Origin: Chiloscyllium plagiosum
Taxonomy: Eukaryota
Reading direction: 5' to 3'
Assembly (NCBI RefSeq): GCF_004010195.1
Contig: NC_057755.1
Location: 895,023-959,022 of the forward strand
Length of the DNA stretch: 64,000 nt
This document shows, one piece after another, positions 12,610-24,591 of this stretch. The notes below the pieces were generated by a model, which ran no database searches, was not told the DNA's origin, and saw nothing but the letters and a program-made list of their open reading frames with translations. The stretch's first letter is position 1, and each line of letters starts with the position of its first letter. The translations under genes were made by a program, and so were the position numbers.

Positions 12610-13875
12610 GTCTATCTCTAATTATTGTAAATCTGATTAATAATGCTTTGGGAGATGCAGGAGAGAAACAGCTATTAGCAGCTCTAGGGAACTCAAACTG
12701 TAAAATAAAGAAACTAGAGTAAGTACCAAACATTTAAACTGTGTTTCAAATCGCTAAATGCTCATCACTTCATTATGAGCACAACTAAGTATGAAAACTG
12801 GGTACTTCTGCTGATTCTAATCCTCAGGCTTCATGGCCACGCTCTCTCAGAATATTGTGCTGATGGTCTCGCCTCAACACAGCACAGTCACTGGCAGAAT
12901 TAAATGTTGATAATAATAAGCTAAAACAGTTCGGAGTGAAACTTCTGTCAAATGCTCCGTTGAATCCTCATTGCAAAATACAAAAGCTGTTGCGAGTTCC
13001 ACACTATGTGAGATTGCGCTTATAATTAAGTTATTATTTGGATAAGTAATGATCAGCACCGAGGTTTTGCTCTGATTCCTGGTGTTCCTTTCTCTTTCTA
13101 AGGCTGCACAGATATAGTGTGATAAAACCTTGCGTCCATGTTGTCAGCTCTGCTATCAGTACTAACCAGTCTTTATTGGAACTGAACATGCATAAGTACA
13201 ATTTTGGAGATACTTTGTGCAATACTGAGGAGTTCAGGCTGTCAACTACAGGACGTGCAATAAGTACCAAACCCTGAGATTGTGTTTCTATGAATTGATG
13301 TCACACTGTACATGGCTTATTCCGTTCAAGAATTGATTTAAATGCACACTTCAATAGATACTTTCAATGGAGACTGTTTTACTATCAAACACTGCACATT
13401 ATTACGATAACCAGTGTTCGTATTTTTTTAATGAACAGTGGAGGATTACTTTGATTCTTTTCATTTGTCTTGCATTTCTGCCCAGCTTGTATGACCTCCG
13501 TCTCACAGATTCTTGTGCTCAGGAGCTTTCCATTGCTGTCAGTACAAACCAGTCATTGAACGTTCTTGATTTGGGATTAAATTCCGTCACAGACCAATTA
13601 ACCCCACTGTCACCTGCCTCATACAGCCCCGCAGAGATTTGGAGCTGATCGGGTGAGTGTTTGTCTTCATTTCTCTGGATAATATTTGTCAATAATTTTT
13701 GAAGGATTACTTCCATTTTAGTTATGGCTGTGTTTAATCTGCTTGATTCCTGATCACTCTTCAATCTATTTCAAGCTGTGTGAAAACCAATTCAGTCCAA
13801 ATGGAAAGCAATATCTCGAGCTGGACAGACTGTTTCATCAGATTAATCTTTCAGTCTCTAAAGATTACTGCTGAT
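12610..13875 (+). pseudogene. Pseudogene remnant: last five exons of an NLRP/NLRC-like (NACHT-LRR family) gene, ribonuclease-inhibitor-type LRRs
   Basis: Exon remnants: ~12613-12718 (NNALGDAGEKQLLAALGNSNCKIKKL|gtaag); 12828-12991 (LHGHALSEYCADGLAS~QSLAELNVDNNKLKQFGVKLLSNAPLNPHCKIQKL|gcgagt); 13103-13259 (VSSAISTNQSLLELNMHKYNFGD~LCAILRSSGCQLQD|ataagt); 13486-13652 (LYDLRLTDSCAQELSIAVSTNQSLNVLDLGLNSVTDQ~LIQPRRDLELI|gtgagt); ~13775-13874 (LCENQFSPNGKQYLE). Sizes are close to the 171-nt LRR exon module. Frameshifts and two non-GT donors indicate decay. Confidence 0.85.
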
Positions 13876-13894
13876 ATTGTATTTGGTCAATTCA

Positions 13895-14425
13895 AGTCTA
13901 GTCTCTTTCCTATCAGAAGGATGTTGTAAAACTTGAAAGGGTGCAGAAAAGATTGACAAGGATGTTTCCAGGTTTGGAGGATTTGTGCTTTAGGGAGAGA
14001 CTGAATAGGCTGGGTCTGATGTCCCCTGGAGCATCAGAGGCTAAGGAGTGACGTTATAGAGGTTTATAAAATCATGAGGGCACGGATTCGATAAATGGAC
14101 AAGGTCTTTTCGCTGGCATGGGAGTGATCAGAACCAGAGGGCATAGCTTTCGGGTGAGAGGGGAAAGATTTACAAGGGACATCATGGCCAACTTCTTTCA
14201 TGCAGAGGGTGGTGCGTGTATGAAATGAGCTGCCAGAGGAAGTGATGGAGGCTGGTACAATTACAACATTTAAAAGACATCTGAGAGGAAATAGGAATAG
14301 TAAGGGTTGAGAGAGTTTTGGGCCTGGTGTTGGCAAAGGGGACTAGATTAGTTTAGGATATCTAGTCAGTGTGGATGAGTTGGACCGAAGGCTCTGATTC
14401 CGTGCTGTATATCTCGATGACTCTG
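13895..14425 (+). mobile_element. CR1 LINE 3' end
   Basis: LERVQKRLTRMFPGLEDL...RTRGHSFRVRGERF...FFMQRVVRV*NELPEEV and tail gtgctgtatatctcgatgactctg. Confidence 0.85.
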
Positions 14426-15079
14426 TAAGCAGCCATGCACCACGTTGAAACATGGTTGACCGTTTACCAGTTTACAGCGCATTCTCAGTCAGGGTAGGGG
14501 GGTAATCTCCCATTGTGAGGTCAGAGGCCGGCCACAGGGTCACGACATCTAAGAACCGCAGCCTCTGAGTGTGGTTTCTACAGGATATCTGGGCCTCGGT
14601 GTTGCGCAATGGGGACAAACGCAGTCAGGAGAGAACCAGAGTGGGAGTCAGGCTGAGCTGCATTGGAACACTGACAGTTGTAAACAATATTCCTAGGTTT
14701 GGAGATCAAATAACCAGGGGTCTTGATTAGTATTAGTGCACAGTAACCCTCGTGGAAAGTGTTTGGGTTCAGGATGTCAGCAAGGGCTGCAGAGCTTGGA
14801 TAGATGTCAGTGTCGAATGGAGGCCAGCATTCAGTGTCTGGGCTCACCCAGGAAGAGGATCAGTTTGAGTTATTTCTAGGTTACTGAGTACATGATAAAT
14901 TAATGATTTTCTGCTTGCTCAAAGGAAGTTGCTGAAAACATGTATGGAATATACACTCTGCCTTATAAATGTATTTCTCATTCGCTCACAGCCAGAATAA
15001 CATCCTGAGGCCAGGGTTTGTCAAGTGAAGCAGTTGATCCATTATAGTCACTTGCATATACCAAGATGCATGCATGAAT

Positions 15080-15360
15080 GGGGTCGCACGGTGACGCGCA
15101 CTGTTGCCTCACTAGTGCTAGGGTCCCAGGTTCGATTCCAGCCTCGGGCGACTGTCTGTGTGGAGTTTGAATATTCTCCCCGTGAATGCATGGGTTTCCT
15201 CCGACGTTCCAAAGATGTGTAGGTCAAGTGAATTGGCCATGCTAAGTTCTTCAAGGTTGTTAGGAGCATTAGTCAGAGGGGTGGGGTCCTGTTCGGAGGG
15301 TTGGTGTGGTCTTGTTGGGCTAAATGTCATGTTTCCACAACGTAGGGAATCTAATGTCTG
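15080..15360 (+). mobile_element. V-SINE (HE1-type)
   Basis: ggggtcgcacggtg...ggttcgattccagcctcgggcgactgtctgtgtggagtttg...tgggtttcctcc...ttggccatgctaa, ending gtttccacaacgtagggaatctaa. Confidence 0.8.
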
Positions 15361-17299
15361 CAACATATTTATGCACATTTAATGGCACATAGATGGTGTG
15401 TACTTTTTTTTTCAAGTGGAGAAAGTTGATTACCAATAAGAGAGTCAATTGTGATCAGCAATGTCGTTGACAGGCCATAGTCCCCACAGCACTATCAACC
15501 TGGGTGGCAACAGCTCATATGTGCAGATGTACTTGATTATGAGTGTCCTCTTTTCTGTTCAACCCGTGACAGAGGTTTGGAAGATCTGTGATGAATTTCT
15601 AAATGTAGACAATGTGGGTTGGATGTGTGTGAGAGTAATTCATTAGCAAGCAGAGCACAGACCTGTATTAAAGGCTGTACAAAAACATCAAATGGCAATG
15701 GAAGTAGATTGAATTGTGCAGCAGAGGGAGGAGATAACACTGACTAATTTACAAGGCTTATGCAAGGCTGAACTGAGAAATGATTTACAGGTGCAAATGC
15801 CCGTCTGAGCCAAGAAAATAAAGGGAATTGAAATTTTATCAAAACATTTGGGATGTGTGGAATATCAGGGATCACTCCAAAATATCATTTGCATTGCCCA
15901 TGAAGAAGTTACGTAAAATAGTTTGAGCATGAAGAAGAGATGAAGCAGTTCGAAAAACAACTCCAAAGATCCAAGAAAAGGGAAAAAAGATGAAGGAAAT
16001 GTTGGAATTTGAAAGGATGGAGATAGTGATGAAGCAAACATATTCTATTTTACTGGTTCATCATGTTGTTTTGAAGTATTCAGAATTCATGGGCTAAATA
16101 TCTCTTATTAGAGTGACTCACTCTAATTTGATTGTGTGCCTGTCCTCTACAGGCTGAGACCAGAAAGCACAGTGGTGTCTGGACACCTCCAAATTGCCAA
16201 AGTAGCCTAGAGTCATTCATGTGTATTTTACTCTCAGCCCCAGACAACGAGATTCATTTCCCTGAATATGACTGTCAGCCTTGGTTATATATCTAATTAA
16301 CTGCCTTCTGTTCCTGTTAGAATACTTCCTTACCTATTAACAAAGGTATGTGAAGATCAATAATGAGAACAATACAAATAACCTATTATCTACCAGCTTA
16401 CCATTGAACGTAACATTGTGAATAATACAAAAACACGTTTTTGGGAAAAAAATGATATTTTTCACAGTAAGGTAGCAATCAGTAGTCATTGTAAGATTGA
16501 GAACTTGTTGAAGGCTAGAGTATTACAACTGCAGGAGTAGCTTATGATTGAGCTGATCCATGAAATTAATGCTTTATTTCTGTAATTCCGCAAACCCACA
16601 AACAATTGAAATTGGGAGAGTGAAAGAAAAGCAAGTTGCCAGTATAAAGAGGGTACAGTTGGCAATGGCTCAGGATGACTTCCATGGCCCAGAAAGGATA
16701 GTGCTAAGAGTGGAAGAGAAAATCAATAGCTCCTTTGGAACAAGGTGGGCACCTTTTTCATGACATTTTCGTGTCCAAGGGAGTTAATGTGGTGTACAGA
16801 AGTTAGTCTAGAAAAAAACTCTCCACGAAAATACTGATCAACTAAAATGTCAATGACAACTAGGAAAATTAAGATAAACACTGCTGTGAGGGCAACAGAG
16901 TTGAATGTAGTGGATCAGAAATATGAAGGGTGTTTGTCAAAAGGAAACAATATTTTTATCATCCAATGCTGCTGCTGTATAAAAGAGTGTCGAAACTACT
17001 CAAGCACATTACCTGGAGAAAGGTAGACTTTTCCTCCATTCAATACGTTAAAAGCAAAAGTGTTATTAAACACGTTAATTCCTTGTAAGTGCATATCTAT
17101 CGTGTTGCACAAAGTGCACTTCGAACATGAATTCTTGTCCAGAGCAGTACTGGTAGGAGTTATTCAGCAATTACCCACGCATCTGGTTGACTTACTCATT
17201 CATTGGATTGGATTGGTTCGGTAATGAGTACTGATGTGGAATTTAGGGCCTTGCAATGTCTCCGTTTTCTGTTCATGAAATGTTCAGGAAAAAGCACTC

Positions 17300-18050
17300 A
17301 CCACTCAGAGACATAGGTGCATTTTAGATGCTGCATTTGTACCTGCCTCCACCATTCTCTCTGGCAGCTCTCTCCATACATGCACCCGCTCTGTGTGGAG
17401 TTACCTCTCAGGTTTGTGTAAGTCTTACCTTTCTCACCTACTGTCCACTATTACTGGACACGCCCATCCGAGGAAAAAGGTTTTTGCTATTCATCCAACA
17501 TATGTCCCCCATGATTTTATAAACCTTTAAAAGGTCACCCCTAAATCACTAATGTTCTAGGGAAAACGTCCCCTCCTACTCTGCCTCTCCCTGAAGCTTA
17601 AACACTCTAATCCCGACAAAATCCATGTAAATCGTTTCTACACCCTCTCAAGTTTAACAACATCATTCCTCAAGAAGGGCGATCAGTATTGTCTGCAGAA
17701 TTCTAAACGTGGCCTCCCCAATGTGCTGTGTAGCAATAATCTGACATCCCAACTCCTATACATAATGTGATGACCAATCAACGCAAGCATGCCAAATGTT
17801 TTCTTCATCACCCTGTATTGTTGTGCCTCTGTTTTCACGTTTCGATGCATTTGCACCCCAGAATTTTTTGGGAACGGCCCTACCATTGATCCTTCCCTAG
17901 TTTGCCTTACTAAAATGCAATCCCTCACATTTATCTACGTAAAACTCCATCTACAAGCTTTGGTGGATGGCACCCTGTTCAAGGTCATATTGTACTCGTG
18001 AGATAATCTTCTTCACTGTCTACGGCACTTCCTATTTTGGTGTAATTTCG
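17300..18050 (-). mobile_element. CR1 LINE 3' fragment
   Basis: ORF 17683-17928 (GVQMHRNVK...KKTFGMLALIGHHIMYRSWDVRLLLHSTLGRPRLEFC). Confidence 0.8.
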
Positions 18051-18512
18051 CTCACTCTTTCTGAATCCCTTTTACTCTAACCTTATTAACCAGCCACACA
18101 AAGGTTGATGAAAATAATATTCGATCTTACCGTGGATCGAGTGCAAAGGTGATTCACAGGGATGGTGCCTGGAATGCAGCATTTTAGCTGTGAGAGAGAC
18201 TCGGTAGGTGACCCTGTTTTCCTTCGATGACAGAAACATAATAACAGGGGTCGACCGTTCATCCTCTCGAGCCTGTTCTGCCATTCACTCGGATTATGAC
18301 TGTTCTGTGGCTTAACCCAATTGACATGGCTTAACAAAAATGTAAATATCATATACGTAAATTTAACAAATACTTTAGCATCAAATGGATTTTGTGGAAG
18401 AGAGCTTCATACATTTACTATTTGTAGTGATTGTAATGACGTCATAGAAAATGACTTCCCTGATTGGGGCTGTGAATTTGGTGCAATCAGGCAGCCCCAG
18501 CTGACAGATAGA

Positions 18513-19140
18513 AGTATTAGTGTCCTGCCTTTCTTCCGCGGCTGTGTCAGAGCCCGGGTTACTCTGCAGAAGGAGCACGTGGCATCCACCAACACCCTTG
18601 AGCTGTTCAGGGGGAGATGGGCATCGCAAGGTGAGGAGGGTATATTTCCCGTCCAAATCTATTTTGATTTAATCCCTGTCATTTCCTTCACTGTTTGATC
18701 ATGCAGCACTGCCCTTTGATGCGAAGGGCACTGCTTGTCACAGGCCACTCGGAGTTTCCTTTCTTCTTGTTGGTGGAAACCTGAATAAAACTTCATGCAG
18801 CTTTTGTCTTTCACTGCGTCTCACACACAACATGGTTGCTGGGGAGAAAAAAAATGCACTACCGCAGCTAGTGGGGGTTGAAAAAAAACCAATAGTTTTA
18901 GGGATTCTGTTAAGAAAATGTATTAGTATCCTGCCTTTCTTCCGCGGCTATGTCAGAGCCCGGGGGTCTCTGGGGGAGTACGTGGTGTCCACCAACGCCC
19001 TTGAGATGTTCAGGGGGAGATGGGCACATCAAGGAGTGGAGGGTATTATTTCCCTGTTCAAATAAATTTTGATTTAATCCCTGCCCTCCCCTTCATGTTT
19101 AATCACGCAGCACTGCCCTCTGATATGAAGGGATCCTCTT
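18513..19140 (+). mobile_element. Two tandem 5'-truncated 3' ends of a Tx1/L1-clade LINE (18513-~18790 and 18920-~19140)
   Basis: Both encode LPFFRGxVRARxxLxxExVxSTNxLExFRGRWAxQG (ORFs 18321-18698 and 18832-19065) and share a 3' UTR (gcagcactgccct.tgat..gaaggg). The first copy ends in aataaaa. Clade assignment is from recalled family similarity. Confidence 0.6.
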
Positions 19141-19192
19141 AACTTTGAGAGCTGACTCTGAGGGAGATGGTTCAGTGTGGAGGAGTTTCAAT

Positions 19193-19854
19193 TGTTATGG
19201 ACCAGATTAAAACCCCTCAACAATGTTAAGAAGTAATCTGATAAACTACATGTTTCTTATTTGTAAAGACTAGTGTCAGGCATTGCGTTCCAGATTAAAG
19301 TCGATTGGCCAAACCAATAGATTTGAAGGAAAATACACTTTACTCATACACTATAGTTAAAGTACAACAACAGGAAGAAGGAATTTGAATAGCTTAACAC
19401 CACGAGAAAACTTAACAGAATAATAGATTATTTGACTACTAAACAGTAAATGTACCAATATAATAACAACCCATAAACATGCACTTGGCAAAGGCGAATT
19501 TTGTAAAATAATCTGGCTTACAGGTAGTTCATTAATTCAGGTGGGAAAATACCAAGACAAAACTTTCAAAGAGCTAGAGAATAACAAGGAAAGCCAAATG
19601 CTAGCTTCTAAACACAGCTTCAAGATTGCAGTAACTGCCTCTGAAAAGCTAAGAAGTAAAAATCCTGGTTCTGTGGGAGCTTACCCCACCCATTCGGGCT
19701 GTTTCTATTGTTCCAACATTATATAAAAAAAAACTCCAAGACCTAACAAGCTGTTTTATTTATGGGCTTTGAAACAGACTGCTCTTTGCCTCTGTCTCAA
19801 TCTTTTCTCATAAAAGAAACAAATTGGAACTCTGACAACCATAGTTTCATGACA
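19193..19854. mobile_element. Solo LTR (probably Gypsy-type)
   Basis: Begins TGTTATG and ends CATGACA (near-inverted TG...CA termini), 662 bp, no coding content. No clean target-site duplication. Confidence 0.6.
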
Positions 19855-20009
19855 CCACGTGTGAGTAAACAGTGTCTTGGTGACGGGTTATTGATCTCTG
19901 TGGAGTTATGTCAACGCCCTTTGAGTGTAGAAGTGTTTCCTCACATCTTTCCTGAAAGGTCTGGACCTTACTTCGAGCCTATTTCCCCCTAATTCTAGAA
20001 TCCACAATT

Positions 20010-20370
20010 ATTAAGAGATGCATAATTAGGATGGATCGTCAAAGGCTCTTCCCATGGTGGAACGGTCAACTACAAGAGGGAACAGCTTCAAAGTGAAAGG
20101 GGGAAGGTTGAGGGGAGAAGTGCAGGGATGTTTTTCACACAGATGATGATGGGTGCCTGGTACGTAACTCTAGTGTTGATGGTGGAAGTAGGCACATTAA
20201 CAACATTTAGAGCATGTTTTGATAGACACATGAATATGAGGTGAGCAGGGGGATAGAAACTGCGCGGGGGCAGTAAGTAACGGGTCTAAATAAGGATCAG
20301 GATCCAGGCAGGTTTTGTCAGCTGAAAGGTTTCTTGTTGTGTTGTATTGTTTTCTATTGTATTGATATGG
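20010..20370 (+). mobile_element. CR1 LINE 3' end
   Basis: TRGNSFKVKGGRLRGEVQGCFSH-like sequence and tail gttgtattgttttctattgtatt. Confidence 0.7.
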
Positions 20371-20423
20371 AACAAGTTACAACAAGTGTAGAGTGGTTAT
20401 ATAAGTTAACAATTGTTTAAAAT

Positions 20424-20429
20424 TTTATT
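20424..20429 (-). promoter_or_regulatory. Candidate polyadenylation signal (AATAAA) of the intact GPCR gene
   Basis: AATAAA on the minus strand about 350 nt downstream of the stop codon at 20775. Confidence 0.35.
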
Positions 20430-20774
20430 CTGTCCTTGTTCAAGCGTGATGTAAGATATCTTTGTTAATTTCGGAAGAATGTCATTTTAAAGGAAAGGGT
20501 ATAACTTAGTTTCAAAGGACACAAACTTGCACCTGCAGAAACAGTTGCACAGATTTTGAAGGAAATACCATTTTCAAGGAAATGAAGGAGAGAAGAGTAT
20601 ATACTGAATGGAGAGGTATATATGAGTGATGTCAGATCAAATTAAAACTCAGAAAATAACATGCTCTGGTATATCTGATGAGCCAGTACTTTAATACTTT
20701 TGCAGCAAAGCTGTATTTCCTTCTTTGAACTGATGGAAGAAGAGAAGAACTAATCTATCACTATGCTGATTTTA

Positions 20775-21682
20775 TCAATTTGGTGCATTGACTAATTGGA
20801 TAATGGATGTAAATGGATATTTCACAATGATCTTGAGCTGGTTTCTGAACTTGGACTGAGTTGCCCCATAAATAAATGTATTTGTGCAGCAGCTTAAATG
20901 TTGAAGAGTATCTCCAACTTCACTAAATATGTATTCGGAATTGTTATAATCTCTACCACTCCTGCCCGTAATGCGATAATACAAGAAATGCAATACATAT
21001 ACCAACCACAGAAGAATGAAACTTGCAGATATGGTAAATAACAATATCACAGATTTCCTTCTGCTCTCCATTTCTGGATCACTGTAGTTCTCCTTCTTGC
21101 TTTGATCCTTCAATCCCTTACGGACTTGCCTAGACAGTAAAATGTGTCTGATTGTCAAGACATTGAACAACAGAACCAGAAAAAATGGTAGCAGAGGGGT
21201 GAGAATCGTGTCAAACCAATCAAATCCTGCCCATCCGGCCTCAGTGTAATAGCTTGGTGTTACAAAACAAAACCATTCAGTGTCGTCAATTTTCTTTGCA
21301 GGTTCAAGTGGAAAGTAAAATGGAATACTTTTTAAACACAGCAGTGAGCATGTAGTTGCTAGAATTACACACGCTGTTTTCTCAGTGCAATATTTTGCTT
21401 TCAATTTCTGGCAGCATATGGTCACATATCGATCAAAGGTGAAAGTGACAGTGAGCCAGACGGAACAATCTGTAGCGGCATGGCGCAACACATTAGTGAC
21501 GCGACACACAGGGGTGAGGTACAGGAAACACAATGGGGCATAATAAGAAGCAACCTTCCACACAATTACATCAGTGAAAATAAACAACAGATCTGCTATT
21601 GCCATGGACACCAGGTAGCGAGTGGTGCAGTTAGAGAGTCCGCACTTTCCATGGGATAATATAATAATCGCCACCAAATTAA
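20775..21682 (-). CDS. Exon 2 of an intact GPR139-like class A (rhodopsin-family) GPCR, 324 aa with exon 1
   Basis: Open frame (ORF 20775-21755) with hydrophobic TM segments: NLVAIIILS (TM1), YLVSMAIADLL (TM2), DCSVWLTVTFTFDRYVTIC (TM3, DRY), KSIPFYF (TM4), PLLPFFLVLLFN (TM5), LLFTISASFILLW (TM6), LSCCTNTFIY (TM7). Acceptor tctttcag|TT at 21683/21682 joins exon 1 in phase 1. The pattern resembles GPR139/GPR142 (ANILTVIILS, YLLALAAADIL, TSIWITVPLTIDRY, SIPYYW). The ORF-track N-terminus upstream of 21682 is intronic. Confidence 0.92.
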
Positions 21683-22687
21683 CTGAAAGATGGAAGTTCA
21701 AAAATGAATCACAATTAAATTCAACATCATATTGCACAACATCACACTTAAACAATAAATTCTATACTTTAGTTACAAAGTGGGTGCGTTTTGTCAAATC
21801 AGAAGTCGAGCGTTTTCAGAACATTTGATACCAACCTCTGTTCAAGTACAATTCTCCCATTTGCACATTTAGTGAAATTGGGCAGGCATACAGACTCAAA
21901 CCTCCCAGCAGGTGTGTTCAAAAGGAAATGTTGCAATAAGAGTCGAGTTTTCTGAAATCATTTTGCTAAGCTGTTTCTATTAAATTCCACAATGCATACA
22001 AAAGCAACCAGAATTGTTGAACTGAGCTGCCAATTCATCACAGATCATCCCTCTAAATGCCAAAAACCCTTTGTGATCAGACCATCATGGTGCAAACCAT
22101 CAAGGTGAAAAACTAGCCAGTGGCAACGTTTAGAACTCGCCATAGTGTCAGAAATCATATCTCAAGGGGGCCATGTGCTTTCCATATGTTGCGTAAAAAT
22201 CTGACCTGGTGAAAGGCTGCAAATAGGGGATGGGTGAAAGGAAAGGGCTGACGATATTTATGAAACACTGGCATGAACAGTGGTGTAAACAGGTCAAACG
22301 AATGGGGATTGTGTTGGCAACGAGTTGGTGAGTTTAAATATGATGTTGGTGGGAAATTATCGCATGAAATGGAATGGGAGAAATTAAAGATATGAGGCAA
22401 GTATCAAACAGGGTCCTTTGAATAAAGGGAAGTGATGGAAACTTCAAACAAATTCCTTGCAGTGAATCCATATGGAGCTAATCGGGGGAATAATGCAAAG
22501 ATAGCCATTGTAGTACCGGGTCTAACAAAGTAACTGAATAAGACTGGAACAAAGACAAATGCACAAGCGCAGCAACACCAGAGCTATGAGAGGTTCTACA
22601 CCAACACGGTTTTAGTGGGGATGCCTGTGGTGTAAAATTCCAAGCAGTGGAATGTGGTGAAACGGTTAAAAATTATGTCCCAATACA

Positions 22688-23078
22688 TGTGTGAATCTAA
22701 CCGGAATGGAGGTGTTGCTTAGTCCCGTGTGAATCTTCTTATCTGTATGTAACCAGAATGGAATGTGTTTTTTAGCCTTGCTCTGCTGTTCACATGAATG
22801 TTTATATCTGGAAAAGAGTATATCAGCTGGAAAAGTCTCCAGTTCGGAGAGTCTGCTCCGGGGTTACGTTTAACCGCCGAGCGTGGGTTGTTGGCAACCG
22901 CTCTACGAGAACTGACGGCTCCCAGTTTTGGTAACATGTAGAGTGAGTATAAGCCAGACCCGTTGTGGCGACGCTGCGGGGAATAAAATGCCCATATTCT
23001 AGCAGACTCGCCTCTTGGTCGTTTGTTCTGTGTCAGACTACTCTCCTACGAACCTGACCTTGAGAATTTTTTAAAACA
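22688..23078 (+). mobile_element. Probable solo LTR (ERV-like) in the GPCR intron
   Basis: TG...CA-bounded segment of about 390 bp, richer in CpG than its flanks, with TATAAG (~22948) followed by AATAAA (~22982). No clear target-site duplication. Confidence 0.5.
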
Positions 23079-24214
23079 ATGCCTCACTGTTTACACCCAG
23101 CAGCCATGCAAACATCCCTTACCACAGCGTCTCCACGCACAGATTAGCACCAGGAAATGTGGTGCTATTCATTTCTAGAGCCGAGCCGTTGTTTAACAGA
23201 GAATTCCAGCAGGAACGTGTCAATGAGTCAAAATGAAACAATTTCAAATGCCGCTCTGTATCTAACAGGAAATGATTGATGAAAGCTGAGAGGGATAGGG
23301 ACTGATGGATCCTCTCAGAGAAGATCCCAAGCACTGATTATTTTATTCAGCTGGGTTTGACTGGGCCTTCCACCAGTTAACGGAAGATCAACATGGAGAA
23401 ATGTGTTAGTTAACTTCTCGGTGACAGTTCCAAGCTCAGGGGGAGGTAATTCATTCGGGGTATGAAAGGGTGTAAACAGAATAAACTGATGGATAATGGT
23501 TCAAAACTTGAAAAGAAAATGAGATTTGAAAAGAGGAATTAAATGGTTTAATAATAGTGAATAATTTCACAACTAACGTTTCATATTAATGTCATGTCAG
23601 GAATAATACACAGACATTATAATTCTAAGAATCTTATGAATGAACTTTTAGAGGTGAACAATCAAGAAAAATATATTTAAGATGCATTTCGTGTGCTCAG
23701 AGGAAGGCATCATGATTCATTGAATATGAATACTGTGGCTGTTACTGTCTCAGAAATTAGTAAGTATTTTTTTTTACCCTATTGACAACTTAGTTATAAT
23801 ATGTTTCACTTGTTCAGCAGTGATCAAGCATCAACCAATTATTTCCAATCAGTTTCGTTTTCTCAATTCATTTCGAATTTGTTTGGATGTATAAAACGTG
23901 ATGACCACTCCATTGAATGGAAAGTTTCACAATAGAACTATCAGATTCATTCTACTTAGTGACCTACAGTCAGCACAATGTGAAAGCGACAATAATCCCA
24001 GCTAGGCATGGTCAATGGAGGCAGCTGATCCATTTCTGAAAGTGAACCAACCGGTTTAATTGACACTTTAAGCTTCAGTCTATCTAATATTCTTCTTTTT
24101 GTCGGACTGCGACACTGAGCTCTATTTCATTGGTATATGAGGGTAACTTTGACCAGCGACGTAATTACAAAAGGGAACATCTGAAATACGAACATAATGT
24201 TATTGTGAGTTTGA

Positions 24215-24410
24215 TTTGGAGGTGCCAGTGTTAGACTGGGGTGGATGAAGTTAATTGTCACACAACACCAGGTTATAGTCCAACAGGCTTTTTGGAGGAA
24301 GTAGCGTTCGAAGCATTGCATGATGAAGAAGCAGCGTTTCTAAAGTTGGTGGTTCCAAATAAACCATGTTCCACTATAACCTGGTGCTGCGTGCTTTTTT
24401 ATAACATTGT
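24215..24410. repeat. Inverted pair of Penelope-type termini (degenerate hammerhead)
   Basis: cacaacaccaggttatagtccaacagg ... catgttccactataacctggtgctgcgtg inverted arms around tgatgaagaagcagcgtttctaaag. Confidence 0.6.
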
Positions 24411-24591
24411 GAGCTTGAGCACCATCTTAAAAGAGTATTGTTAAAAACAGGATATTGGACTGTGCAAAATTATGTCATTGCTCTCAATTCTGATTATTTT
24501 GCCAGCATGTTACATTAGCACTCACAGGCAAAAGAAAACACAGAAAGTAGCTCAGAGACACATTTTCACTTTTCCTCAGCAAAACACTTAC

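Noticed and set aside
14470..14870. GC-richer segment possibly derived from a Tx1-like ORF1
   Set aside because: Only a faint zinc-knuckle-like resemblance; too degenerate to support a call.
16150..16210. Acceptor-like ctctacag|gctg after the NLR remnant
   Set aside because: The following sequence does not encode an LRR pattern and reaches a stop quickly.
21683..21755. N-terminal extension MFKCDVVQYDVEFNCDSFLNFHLS of the 326-aa ORF
   Set aside because: It lies upstream of a canonical acceptor (tctttcag) and is replaced by the 67-nt exon 1 at 24592-24658, which restores the TM1 motif IGVPVN.
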